DNA of 64,000 nt from Ylistrum balloti (Eukaryota): positions 1,364,001 through 1,428,000 of the forward strand of contig NW_026782401.1 in NCBI RefSeq assembly GCF_031769215.1, in the 5' to 3' direction. Numbering within the stretch: position 1 is the stretch's first letter; every line of letters begins with the position of its first letter. The notes beneath the pieces were generated by a model that saw only the letters and a list, made by a program, of their open reading frames with translations, did not search any database and was not told the DNA's origin. The position numbers and the translations under genes are program-made. Below are positions 11,213 through 25,205 of the stretch, in pieces.

Positions 11213-11839
11213 AGTAATCTTTACCTTTTGATATAACGGATATATCAATATACAGGTAATAGTCGGTGTGTTGACGGAGGTATGTTGTTAGACAATTATC
11301 GTTCTTGGCACTGTTATGATAGTTACTGATGGTTTTTCAGGAGACACTATGATCATATGACGTCATGTGTCTTATACCCGTCACAAGTTTGGTGACGCCG
11401 TATGACTGCGGTGTACATTTCGCTGATTAGAAATCACTGACCTAAGTATGACGTATTTACATTATCCATAACTGAATTAATTCAAACTAATTAAAATATA
11501 CACATAGACTAGTTCGAATTCTAGTAATGTTAATTTAAAAAGATATACTTATAGTGTTCAGAAACATTTTCTTGCAAAAAAAAAAAATGTAAGTACAATT
11601 TTGTTTTTTAAACCTATGCCCGATTTGATCGTGCTAGAAATAGAGAGCTAAGGTTGATGGTTATCTCTTGTAAAAATCTAATACGATATGTATTACTGGA
11701 AAGAATCGATTGTTTTACTGGAACAAAATGAAAACAAGGCAATGAAAAAGCAAGCCCTTATGAAACACTATGTCCCTGGTTGCTACAAAATTCTGAAGTC
11801 AGATATTAAAAATATACTGTGTAGGGCGTGTGTAATTAC

Positions 11840-12147
11840 ATGCATACTTTGTGAAACAATTATGTCTGCAGTGTGGTCTTGCCACAAGGAACACGCGTGC
11901 CAAATATGAAAGTCCTGCCTCTTATGGTGCAACAGTTATGGCCAATGTTAATTTTTTTTAATGAAGATCGAAGGTCACGGTCAAAATTCCATGGTCAAAA
12001 CGTTTGGTAAAGTTCTTGTCATAAAGATCACACATAACCAATATGAAAGCCCTACTTCCTACTGTGCAAAAGTTATGTGCAAGGTCAAAGTTGAAACAAA
12101 CAGCACAAAAACAATATGCCCCTGATTTTTCGAAACGGGGCATAAAA
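11840..12147 (+). mobile_element. Helentron/HINE-like non-autonomous element
   Basis: About two monomers of roughly 175 bp (CAAATATGAAAG.CCT at about 11860 and 12038; AAGGTCACGGTCAAAA), ending in the hairpin TATGCCCC(12115-12122)...GGGGCATA(12137-12144)AAA. This is the typical 3' end of bivalve HINE/pearl-type elements. Confidence 0.8.
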
Positions 12148-14111
12148 GGTGGAAGCCCCTCGATACATGCTTACACCGAAACGCCATCCATATATCCTTG
12201 TCACTTTACATATTTCAAACAAACCTAGAAATTGTCCAACTGTCAACTGCTTTATATCAGATAAATCAGAAACAAACAAGATGTTTTCTTACAAACAAAC
12301 AATACATAACAGATACACGTATATGTATTTCGCCGCGCTAATTATATTCAATGTTTAGTTCTAGTTATAATGACCTTTGTAAGAGAAAAACAAAGCCGTG
12401 AATATTTACTTCCAATGGGGTCGAATCAAACCGTAACACGATGACTTCTTTTTAAAACATGGAACAAGTTGTATTTATCTATAGATTGTTTAAACCAAAA
12501 TTGAAACATTAAAGCATGATAAATACCATAGCTGTACCATAAGTCACAGTAAACACTATGTATTGTATAAATATTCCTTTCAGAATTTGTCTTACCAACT
12601 TTCCAGTCTGTGTAAAGTTCAAACATATCCGTTGAATGTCGTAGTTTCATGGCTTCAAACATATATTCTAGCCCATCAACAATGCATCTTATTTCGGTTT
12701 TGAAACGTAACTTTAACGACTGTATTGTTGGCTTAATTTGTGATAATATACATGGTAGTTTATCTTTAATTGTTCATTTCATGATTAGTCAGGTAATAAA
12801 GACGTACATTTATAATGAGAGAAAGGATCCACATCGTTACAGCTTGTTAACAAAATCCCTCAATATTTAAGATATACATCAAACCTTGATTATCTACTAT
12901 GTAATGTATAGAGTGGAGACACCAATTGAAGAAACGTGTAGTTGATTCAAATGGTTCATGTATAAGGGATTGATAAAGTAATCTATGAGTTTTTTTTTCA
13001 TTTAAACCTCTCCTCCTGTGTTCGCCTGAAATATATCATGAGAATTTCTTACGATTGTAGCTATTGGGTTAGTTTAATGATAAACAACAAATAATTTTCT
13101 AAGCTCTTATCTGGAATTTCTAACAAAAAAATAAACTTCAAACTGTCAACGCTGAAGATAGGGTTCGCGTTGGAGAAGGAATTGTCACTGACAGAGAAAG
13201 AAAAAGAGGCAAGTTACCTCCACTATACAAAATTGCAGTACATTGGACAAAAGAAAAAAATCAAACAAAAAAACAAAACAAAAAATAAACAAAACGGAAA
13301 CGGAGATTAAAACATGAGTCAGAACTTACGTACCACTAAATTCAAGAACAGATCTAGCTGATCTCTGCTCCAGTCCTAATATATATAGTTGTGTAGATAT
13401 TTCATACAGCTGTATTACAGGTGTAAGGATACAATCTCATGCACATTTCGCATAATTAGTAAGAATAAAAACTAAACCAGAACCTTTCTAGCTGGATGCT
13501 TATTTAAAATCAGTTAATAATTGCTAATTTGCATTCAAATTATCCTTTCACACATCAAATTATTATTACAAATTATTCGACATAGATAAATTATGTTTAA
13601 ATACCCTAATTATTTCATTAATTGTCTTATTTTTCCCACTTACTAAACTATCCTGTCAGTGTCATGTCAGGCATGACGTGTGCAGGTTAAATTGAAGCAA
13701 GGATTCCACCATTTATTAAAAAAACAGACAATGCTGTAGCGTGCAAAACCATTACTAGATTAATCAAAACACTTATAAATTGTGACCTAAATCGTTGTCG
13801 TTTAGGAGATGCACGTAAAAGTGTTCGAAATAGTGAAGAATTTACTGTTTTGGGGAAAGGCTGTTTTTTAAATTCTGAAGTTAGGCTAACCATATATGAA
13901 GATTCAATGTCGGTCTCCCTGAAGAGTACATGTCCATTTGTCGGAGAGCCTCCAGTGTCTCAGTCAGTCATGATTTATCACTTGGCATGCTTTATTCTAT
14001 AATATGTAATACTTTTCCGCATTGAAACGGGATTACGTTTCTTGTTAATGCATTTGCTATTTATAGTTTAAACTAAACATTCAACAAAAATGTCATCCCA
14101 GTAATTTGCAG

Positions 14112-14488
14112 NNNNNNNNNNNNNNNNNNNNNNNNNNNNNNNNNNNNNNNNNNNNNNNNNNNNNNNNNNNNNNNNNNNNNNNNNNNNNNNNNNNNNNNNN
14201 NNNNNNNNNNNNNNNNNNNNNNNNNNNNNNNNNNNNNNNNNNNNNNNNNNNNNNNNNNNNNNNNNNNNNNNNNNNNNNNNNNNNNNNNNNNNNNNNNNNN
14301 NNNNNNNNNNNNNNNNNNNNNNNNNNNNNNNNNNNNNNNNNNNNNNNNNNNNNNNNNNNNNNNNNNNNNNNNNNNNNNNNNNNNNNNNNNNNNNNNNNNN
14401 NNNNNNNNNNNNNNNNNNNNNNNNNNNNNNNNNNNNNNNNNNNNNNNNNNNNNNNNNNNNNNNNNNNNNNNNNNNNNNNNNNNNNNNN
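14112..14488. other. assembly gap (377 N)
   Basis: Run of N characters. Confidence 1.
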
Positions 14489-14660
14489 CCTCATCGTCGT
14501 ACTTGTGTTTTCATTCGTTTCCTCCCCTCATCGTCGTACTTGTGTTTTCATTCGTTTCCTCCCCTCATCGTCGTACTTGTGTTTTCATTCGTTTCCTCCC
14601 CTCATCGTCGTACTTGTGTTTTCATTCGTTTCCTCCCCTCATCGTTGTACTTGTGTTTTC
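14489..14660. repeat. 37-bp minisatellite abutting the gap
   Basis: Unit CCTCATCGTCGTACTTGTGTTTTCATTCGTTTCCTCC at 14489, 14526, 14563 and 14600, plus a partial copy. Confidence 0.95.
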
Positions 14661-17029
14661 TTTCGCGTTATCGCTTTCTCGCCATTATGCCACTGTATCA
14701 CTACATTGCCATCGTAATTTCGCGTTATCCCTCTGTTGCCGGCGTTCTTGTATACCCGTGTGCACTCTCTTTCGCCGTTGTATTAAAATATTCAAATGTT
14801 CAGTCCATACTTTCCGTAATCTAGCGTTATCGACGCTCTCTCGCTGATCACCGTCTAACCTCGTTATCGCTATACTCACGACATTTTCCCGTCAACGTTG
14901 CTATCGCATGGTTGTGCTTTCATTCTGTAGCTGACGTAACTTCACGTCATCGCTCTCTCTCTCTCACGCCAGCGTATACTTGTGACGTCACCGGTGCTGT
15001 CGTATGTTTATGTTGGTTTAAATATTTCATGGCAAACACATTAACCAGCTGTAATGGCTGTCTTGACTTGAGAAATTCTTTTCCAAATTAAATATTTTTT
15101 GAGAATTTTAACTGGAAAGGTATAACACTAAGACAGAATAAGTTCAGGTACACAAACAGAGATATACGTGTTAGCTGAGTATCTGATTGCAAAATGTAAT
15201 TACTCCCTAGAGATACTAATTGGCGATTATTTCCTAATTTTGGCTGACACGCGTATAGTAGCTTACTTTAATTTGCATGAAACGGCGGTAAAACTCTGAA
15301 AATTCCCTAGACCACACACCATCGACACATATTTCAAGATGCCCAGAACAAATTTATGGAACCGATCATTGTTTTACGTATAAACAAGGTGTCAGTTTTG
15401 TCATTTAGCAGCTCATAATATATATCAAATGCCAAGTCTACCTGTTACTTGTTGTCAAATTTCTATTTCAGAATAGAGCCGGACTTGCGCTGCCGGAGGC
15501 GATTTGGTTATTAGAGCACATACGACAGCTGCTCCTGAGGTTGAGATCTCTGTCACGGTGAGGTGGACGCGGGAAATTTACATATCCCATCTGCACGTGC
15601 ATGTTTACGACCACGAAAGAAGCCGTATACCTGTATATCCCCCTATAGAACAATAACGCCAAATAACCACCAACAGTTGACAGCTGACTAGCCCCGGGAA
15701 TCCTACTCAGAATGATGCGTCATTGTCTGACGTCATAAACGGGAAAATTGTAGCGAACGGACATGTTTCATATCCGGTGACAAAGTAAATTCGTCTCCCT
15801 CCTTTGCCTTTAGGCGACATATTTTGGTAGTTTATATCGATATTCCAAAAAATTTACTTAACTATCCAAGTTTAAGTAGCAGCGATTCATGAAAATAAAA
15901 ATATCCGATTTTTTTTCTTCATCAGAATTATGACCTTATACCAATATAATATTCTACCATACCATGGAGCTCATATCTTTTTATATGGCACACAGTCACA
16001 ATGCTGTGTATTTTTGTTGAGGGAATACACAGTTAAACGCATTCATTGAAATGGCTCAGCGTGTTTTATGTTAAATTGATGAAAGTAACCGGAAATGACG
16101 TCAGTTGTGAACGGCGTTTAGTTGAAAGTAAATTGAAATCATCACATTTGTTCTTACTACACACAACTTCACTGATACAATTTCATTCACCACGTCACGC
16201 CAAATGGTCTATTATTTGTTTTGTTTTCCTCATTTTCATTATATTAACTACAAAACATATATACTCAGCTGTGTGAGGAATAAAATGTTCGGAAGTGATT
16301 GGGATTTTACGCTACCACTTTAAGGCCCACACTGATTCATCTATCTTTCATAATTTTACACTCCTTTTTAATGCATTGTAATTCTTTACTTCCAAATGCT
16401 TTACAACTAATTTAATGTCTGTGAGTTTGGTATTTGTTGTTCTCAATTCGATAATCAGATTTACAGGAATTGATGGGATGGTCAAGCTAGTCTGTTGCCA
16501 GTATAATGCGGACAACTGACCCAGCTAGCATGCAGCCCATGACATTTCAGTGTGGCAACACTATACATATGCTCCTTGCGCTGCTCAATAAGCTTAAGCG
16601 AAACATATGATATAAACAAATAACAGACAAAAGCATTGAACTACTCGAATTTTGGCCTGATAGCAGTGATTTAATTATACCATGATGTCCTAGATCTCTG
16701 ACACGTTGTAATACAAACACGTTTAATGAATCTAAAAAACAAACAATCTAAGGGTTTAACAATCCCTTCGGAATGAAATCATATTGTATGAGTATTTGTA
16801 AACTTGTCTCATTGAATAAAGATACTATGTTAACAAATGAAAACAAATCATCAGCTGTTTATTCGTATTTGCTTAAAATCTACAAATATTTTGAGACAAG
16901 GCGCAATGTTGAAACATAGTTTCGGCAGGCTCTGTAGATATAACAACATGATAGACACACTGTCTGCTTAATCAGTATTGATGTTATTTAGTTCTTATTT
17001 GACAAAGTATAACAACAACAAAAACAAGA

Positions 17030-17195
17030 TATCAACAAAGCCATAATCCAAACTCGAATTCAATAAAACCACGGATAAATATGAACAACAGGAAGATTTA
17101 TACAGAGACGTTTTGGAAAAGTACATAGAGAATACGACCAGGTGTTCCGGAAGAGAAAGCCTCATCGATGACAGTCGTCGTGTCATTTCTATTTC
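17030..17195 (-). mobile_element. Penelope-like terminal (pLTR-type) remnant
   Basis: CATAATCCAAACTCGAATTCAATAAAACC...GAGAATACGACCAGGTGTTCCGGAAGAG aligns by eye with 47180-47330. Confidence 0.55.
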
Positions 17196-18799
17196 TTTAT
17201 AATGTAATCAAGGCCGTGTGACCCCGTGTTACTTTAACAGATTGGTCTGTCGACTGGACAACTGAGACATCATTGATTAAGGAGCCAGTATACAAGAACA
17301 ACACAGCTTGATGACACTAAGTAAATTGTTTGATCACACATGCATTTTGTAATTTCCGATTTACCCATTTCCCCAGTATTACATGAAACTAATTACGAAA
17401 TTTCTTATAAATACTCAACTAACGACCCTGAAAGACCACAAACATATAGTGTTTTATTTGGCATTAACTTACGGATATTATCAAGCTATATACACCCACC
17501 GTGATTTGTCTTACTAGTTACACGGCATTCTTGCCACTTAGAATTTACTACATCAAAAAATCACATTATCACCACATCAAATCCTATTTAGTGATCGTCC
17601 CTGACGTGTCTAGATGGTTTTATTAATTCTCTCTTCTGATCCGGTGAACTCTTGTCACAATAAGTTCTTACAAAGGACCTTACATGAGGTTCTAGCTATT
17701 TTTTTATGAGATTTATGAAACTTGTTTTGGAATATTTCATTTTACCGAGCCCCTGGCTAAAAAAAGTCGTGACGAATTCACCAATCTTATAAGAAATGAA
17801 AATAATTAATGCAGGCTCATGTTGCTCACATTTTACTAGGTCGGTATGAAATGTGAAATGGTGATATTCTACTTACAAATATCTTTGGTGACGTTACAAC
17901 CCAGTTTTCAGCCAAAAAATAACACGAGTTTTATAATATGAGAACATACGTTTTATCACATAATGAAAAAAAGATTTTGACATGTTTTCAGGATAAGATA
18001 TGAAGGAAAAAATCTAACAAGAACGACGTTGTGTTGTATCTTTATTAAGGAAGCCTGTTAGTGTCAGCAATGAAAATATGTTATGTGGCAACCGCCTCTT
18101 ATTATCTGTCGGTGGCCAATTATTATCCGGCTGCCGTCACATTCTTTACCTTCTATGCCCGCCGCCAAATACTAAGTGGTCACCACAATATAACTGACGG
18201 CCGCTGCATATTTTTTTTTTCAATTCATGGCATACAGTGACGTCATTATCTATTTCATGACATCACAATCGATTCTTGACTTTAGGAGCCAGCGAAGATC
18301 GCTCCGATGTATCGCTAGTGTCATACATGAAACATATTGGCGAATTCAATGGAAAACAGGCGGGTTATGTGACAAATCAAAATACATGTATTTAAGCTTC
18401 TACGTACATGATGATGAACGTATTGTTCAGTGATCCGAACAAGGAACATTGACCGACTATCTACCAAGTGAGTACGATTATCACTGATCTACACCGAATA
18501 CTCACACTCGTACCCAATATTCTTGTCTCGATTTTTTATCTATTTTAATACTAATTCTGTTTTAGCCACGTTTTCATTTTTCGATATATTGTAAAAATAA
18601 CGACAAAATTGTTAATCTGGAAACTCAATATCCAGTTAAAGTAACGACTATGTCATATATAATTCCAGGTCTACGCTACAGACTTTAATTTTAACCTGCG
18701 TGCTACATTTTAATTTATTAGAATCGTGGCAATGGTCTTCGGAAATTTTAATATGTGTATACAGAAACCACGAAATTTCTTGAAATTGAGGACGACGCA

Positions 18800-18930
18800 C
18801 TTAAACGTACCAGCCTGTGCCGACATGGTTGTGTCCTTGGGCAAGGTGTTTTACCTTAATTGTTCTGTATATCATGCGACGAGCCTCCTGTATGTTGTTC
18901 AGTTAGGTAGTCACTAGCTACTTCAAGGGT
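18800..18930 (+). mobile_element. CORE-domain SINE remnant
   Basis: GTTGTGTCCTTGGGCAAGGTGTTTTACCTTAATTG (about 18828-18863) matches the CORE-SINE central motif TGTGTCCTTGGGCAAG.CACTT.ACC. Confidence 0.6.
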
Positions 18931-20640
18931 ATTCCGCATCGAAAGGACTCTGGGTCTTGACGGAGACGATAAAACCAACTAATATTCACTAATATGACAT
19001 CATTATTTACATACCAAATCTCCAACCAACAAAACGTGAATTTAGACAAAATGCGATGCACAAGAAGCGACAGAGGTTCCGGAACCATCGATCCGTATTG
19101 TTACGTTAGATACATTATATAACTGGAGTCATGTTATTTTCCAGTGGAAAGACGCAATCAAGGTAATATATGAAATACCGCACTAAACTGATCGATCAGT
19201 CACTATAGGGAAGGACACGCTGTATAATGCCGAACTGGGTACATCTGTGCATACAAGGGACATTATTTTACTTGGTACGTATAGAGAAGTGCTCATATAT
19301 ATCATAATTACACAGAAAATCTCGAGAATGTTCGTACGAGTGTTGTGCAGCAGATAATGTCTAGATAATAGCAGATCCCAACCGCGGTTTGCGTTTACCA
19401 GTAAGAAAATCGGACATGAAGACTCGGAATGTAGTATACGGGGCGCCAGGTATATCCACTATATAGTTATAGTTCTCATGAACATATACCATAGTGTAGT
19501 GTTTGAACCAAGCACCATTCTTAAAGACGATATCATTACATCTGTTCAGGGACGATCCTTTCAATAGATTTCCAGACACCTGTATTGTATAAGTACTGCC
19601 TTTAGGTAGGAAATTACATTGATAACAGGTTTTATAAGAAATAGATAGTAAATATCAGAGCAGATATTTGTGTAGTTTGTCAAAATGTCTTTCTCAGGGA
19701 GTATGTATCTCTAAACATTTTAAAACTTTCCATACAAGCAAGACTATGAGGTTTGACAAAATTCTTTCCTCATAGAATAGGTGTTTTCTCTTTTGTTTCA
19801 CTTCAACCTACAGGTATTTTCCTGATTCATTCAGATCACAACTTAAATTCTATATAGAGTTTATTCCCCAAAATTGAGAGTTTATTCACCAGAATTGTGA
19901 GCAAACATTCATGAAGCAGTGATGACAGTATAGATAATTATAACAGTAATGTAACAACAGCTGGTGGTATAGGCTGTATAACCATTCCGTCATGTAAATC
20001 AAGAAATATATCAAAAACTTCCTCTGGATGTAATAAAAGTTCGCTTTTATTTAAAAAACATTGCAATTGGTATAAAAAGCCATGTTTTCACCACCAAACA
20101 GTAATAACCACAAAATTATATCGATATTAAAATTAAAAGCATTTGAATAGGATTGACATCTGAGGATAAAACGATAGAGATTTTTCACAATGGTAGCTGC
20201 AATATATGTAATTGGGATCTTGGATCATAATTCATAATTTCATTTCAGCAAAAATGTGTCGTTTTATTTTTAGGAGCAGTTCCCTAATCTGTCTTAATGT
20301 CAGACTACAAAAACTGAATACAATAAAAAAGAGTACGCGAAAACAATATCTGAATGTTACATATGCTGTAGGCTTTAAAACAATAACATCTAAAGCATAC
20401 TTATGGTCGTAATCGATGGCATTGCCGGTTACGGGCGTACACTGAATTACGGTAAGAGTTGTTTCCTCTGTAATTACCACAGTAGGTTTTCAAAATGTAT
20501 TTAAAATATGATGAATATATTTCGCTATCATTGTGCAATTGATCTGTGTTTCTATGTATAGCAATGTCTAGTTCGATTCGAAATCAGAATCGTAGTAGTT
20601 CATTGTTTGTAGCTGTTATGTTTAAGCTCAACATAAGTTT

Positions 20641-21000
20641 GGAGGGAACATATACTTTGTATTTGCTACTTTGTCCGTCCGTCCTTTCTTGTCCGGATCT
20701 TTAATCATAAATTACTTGTATTTAAATTATGATAATGAAACTTGGTGTACACCTTAGTCATAGTGAAACTATGTGTCATGTACAAAATTCTGGTCCTACT
20801 CCATTGATTACAGAGTTATTGCCCTTTGTTTGGATATTCGTGTTAAGAGCGAAACTTATTTTACATTTGAACTAGGACAATGAACATTTGTATATAAATC
20901 GATTCATGACAATGTGCTTTGCTCCAAATTGTGGACCGGCAACCACTGAAACTTGGTGTATACATTGGCCATAGTAAGAGGATGCACCATATGTTTCAGT
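20641..21000 (-). mobile_element. Helentron/HINE-like element, opposite orientation to 11840-12147
   Basis: GGAGGGAACATAT...GTCCGTCCGTCC microsatellite followed by degenerate monomers with a repeated GAAACTTGGTGTA (about 20718 and 20948). Confidence 0.65.
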
Positions 21001-24000
21001 TTTGTGTCCAATAAAGTTGTTTTCAAGTAGCCTTTATCAGTTATACTGATACTATTTTGTTTCAATATTAATCAGAAAATAATCTGTAAATGTGAAAACT
21101 GGTCTGATAATTGTCCGTAACATGAAACCATTCTGTAAGACATTGTCTTTTGTTTTAAAGGTAATAAATATCACACAGGTGTGAGTTTGCTGTAAGCACC
21201 GTCAAGAAGGAATCAGTTTGAATTGCTTTGGCGCATAAATCTAAAACATCCCAAGGGAATATTTGTGTGGTCCATCCCAGCAATGTGACATCTTTATGCG
21301 ATATACATTTTAAGTATAGCAAAATAATCTGTAGAATTGTCGTAATAAAAGCAAATGGCTATGAAAACCTCACAATATATTTCATTAAACGTGCCTGTCA
21401 CGTTCGCCCAAACTTATGAAATTGTTCATTAAGGAATGAGTACCAATAACGTGGCTTACCTTTAGTTTTAATATAACTAGTGTATTTCGTACAAAGATTT
21501 TCTATAAAGATAGATATACTCATTTAAGTGACCATTTTTTGACGAAAGCCTGAAAAAAATTAATTGTAAACGACGCGAATTTTAGATTAATTTCGTATTT
21601 TGGCATGGAATTAGGTGCCTGAGCTATTCATTGGCAATAACCACAAATCCATTAAGTCATAAGTTTATGAAGATGATCTATCTTCAGACTATGTCGAATT
21701 GCCTTCTGGTATTGCCAGCAATCGTGAATCGTTTCTTCCTGATTATTTCACCATTACTTAACTACTTTTAATTGAAGAATCGAAACCTTTTCCTGATTTG
21801 TATAATTTGTATATGTCAATTATAACGATATTTTAATCTTATTTTATCTTCTGTCCACCTTTGAAATTAACATTTCAAATGTGATTACTGTCAATTTTAC
21901 TTGATAAGCTCTCCTCTTTCCAACAGAATTATTTAACTCATATACATTAATGCAGTTTTAATTTATGAAATGTATTTCAATTTTGAATCCATCTCAATTC
22001 TATGACGATTGAGTGACCATGCGAACACATACCGCTGTTCCTCGGCTATGTGCGGACCGCAAGGAATGACCATTTTATAGCTATAGATACGGCCGGATAA
22101 GGTCAGGTTTCCGCTGTCACAAAAGGTGCAGTTTAGAACGGTCATCATTTACCTATCTGACGCGTGGACAACACGCCCAGTAGAAGCAGACTGACCAACA
22201 GACCATTAATAAGACTGGGGTGGTAATTTATTTGACCAGATTTTTATTTACGGTTGTAGGACTGACCTGTTTTTATAAATGTGATACAACACGAGCGGAG
22301 CATCTGTACAAATAGACTACACATACGAATGCTCCGAATACATCCGTCAATGAATACATACGAATGCGCCGAATGACATCTAGAATTGCTGTCTTCTCAT
22401 GCCAGTCTTTTGACAAATCATATAAATCATATACATATGTACAAGTACGATATATACACTATTAAAACTCATCTTAAAAAAGAATAAAAAACGCAAACAG
22501 CCGTCAAATTGAAGATTACATTTAATTGGTTATTCTGTTTGAAAATCGACCTACCTGGCATAAAGTTGTGCAATCCTTTTTGCGAAAAGGCGTGAGTTAG
22601 ATGACCTTCGTGTGCACATATGGGCGTGTATGCATTTGTTACCCCCTACTTTAAAGGATGATATGATACATGTTACATAGACCATCAAGAAGAGAGGGTT
22701 AACTTCGGTGCAGTTTACATTTGTCATGTACAAAACTGCCATGTTATAAAAAACAAACTCAGATGTTAAATGACCTCATGTAAGACCTCGCGTATAACAG
22801 GAATATACGTTTTGGCACATTTTGTGGGTTTCATAAATTACATCATTGTGGTTTTTTTTTTAATTTTTTTTTTATTTCGTTAAAAACAGCAGATGAAGCA
22901 AAAAAGTCCTAACAAAGTGTTGGGTATTTTGTCGTCATTTTTACTATAGTAAAATACATTACGTGCTAAATACGAATTCTCAGTGTATTAAGTATGAGGA
23001 AAAGGGCCATATGCCAAGGAAATGTCTAACACGTACTGAGAGAAAGAGCTTAGGTGGAGCCAGATCCCGTAACGTGCGGAAAGATATTTATCATAAGGCA
23101 CTATGTCTTAGAAAAAAACAGTAATTCTATTGGATTGATAAATATCTTTTCTCAGCATCAAAACACGGTTTGGCTTGGTGAGAATTAGCCAGATTAATGG
23201 AGGCTGTCACGCATGCCCCGAGTCGGAGGGGGATCGGGCCCGACTGCGTTCGCAGTGTGTGTCACAGGGACGCGGCACGTAGGATCACCTTAATTTACCA
23301 AAATTAATGACTTATGTCGAAATAAAAAGACAAATAACACCAACCAACAAAGAAAGCAGATTCGCCCGACTTTAAACCGTAAATTTTACATGCAAATTTT
23401 GCACGATGAAGATATTGCCAAGGATTACAATGCTAAGCTAAGGTTTTTAGTTTCCAAAATCAATTTTTGTTTTTACGAATTTCCTTAGGGGATAGTTTGT
23501 GAAAAATTGGTACCCATGAGCGATTTTCCTTGATAACGGCTTTAGATATCAACAGAAACAGAAGTTAGTTTCATCAGTTTCTCAGTTGGCAATTACAATG
23601 TCTAATTTGTAGGGCTGAGACACGAAAGTCATATGGAAATTGAATACTTCGGAAAATTGTCCAACACAGAACATCCAAGATGTTGTTATAATTGATTGAA
23701 GATTAAACAATAGCTATACGTGTTTATAGTATGTTAAAATGATTTTAAAGATATAACTGAAATTTCATATGAGTATTTTAATACAATAAATATTCATTAC
23801 TTTTGTGTCTAAGATATATAGCAGTCTTTTGTTTTCCTGGTTTGGTAATTCTACTACGTTCTAAGCCCCATCCCGAACACATTATTGTTGCCTCTGCTCT
23901 ATATTTTGGACTTTGAACGATTTTGATACCTGTGTTATTTACACGATTAATTTGCCCTATCTGCTGTTGTGAAGTATTGACTCTTTTCCCCTCCGTTATC

Positions 24001-25051
24001 TTATCCTTTGTCCCCATGCTATTGTACGCTCTAGGATTACTGTATGTTCCTAAAATATTATACTCAAAGGAATACTTGTATGTCTTGATTTGATTTCCGC
24101 CCTGGGAAAATTATTTGTACACACTTTGTTTTATAATTTGTCCCTGTGCTGCTGTGTGTCCAGTGATTACTATTTGCCCCTATTATTGTTTGTCCCTAGC
24201 GTTATTGATGAGCGCTCGTGGGTTATCCGGGGATGGTCGAGTCCCTAATTGTTTGTCCCTGATGGTTTTATGCTGACGTTCGGATGTTACCTGATCTTGT
24301 TCCTTAATATGTCTCCTGCGTTTGTGTAGTTCATAAGTTGATACATGTGTTTTATCTTTTTTCCCCTCCTATTGTTGTGCCCGGTTAATCGCTTGCTCTT
24401 CCTGCTATGTTTTCAGTAACTGGGAACTTGTGAGCCCGTCAAAACTATCGTGTTGTAATATGTCGTCGATCTATTTGTTGTTTACGGCTTATTGTTTTCA
24501 CAATGTGTTGTTGTCTGTCAATATGTTGCTATGAATCTTTACTGATGCCTGTCGCGGTATTGTAGTGCGCCGTCGGTGTTGTTTACTTCCCGGTTTGGTT
24601 TTAATTGTATTTTTGTCTACATAAATATTGTTAGCTCTCCATATGTTGCTTTCTGTCTATGTTATTGACCGTCTGCACGTTGTTGTCGGACTATTTACAT
24701 GTGATATCATTGTCTGTCCATGCCTTACATATTTGTAGTCCGTCTACATTTTGTTGTATGTAGAGAGATTACGGTTGTCCGCGTGTTGTTGCCTCCTTGT
24801 TTTGTTTTGTCCAAATACTGTTGTTCGTTATGTCTCGGTGTAGGCTCACGTGTTGTCCTTTGTCTACATGATGTTTTCTCAATGCGTGGTGGATTGCTGC
24901 ATATGTGTTATTGTTTATCTGTTGTATATCAAACTTTCGTTTGTCTATGTATCGTTATATTTACATGTATTGTATATAGTTTTCTATATAAATAGTGATG
25001 TCAGTCTAAATGGATTTATAATTGGTAATATTGTCTCTTGCCATGTTTCTC

Positions 25052-25205
25052 TCTGTCCATGTATTGTTTGGTTACGTTTTCACAATACAGTACTATATAC
25101 TGTATTGTCTTTCCTATTGTTTCCCTCTGTCCACTGTCCATGTATTGTTTGGTTACATTTTTACAATACAGTACTATATACTGCACTTGCTGTCTTTCCT
25201 ATTGT
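25052..25205. repeat. tandem duplication, period about 82 bp
   Basis: CTGTCCATGTATTGTTTGGTTAC.TTTT.ACAATACAGTACTATATACTG occurs twice. Confidence 0.9.

Noticed and set aside
14093-14879. ORFs spanning or adjoining the N gap
   Set aside because: Artefacts of N runs and the 37-bp repeat.
13687-19600. Protein-like frames at about 13700-14000 and 19200-19600 (minus strand)
   Set aside because: They are interrupted by stops, show no recognisable motif, and are indistinguishable from chance without a homology search.
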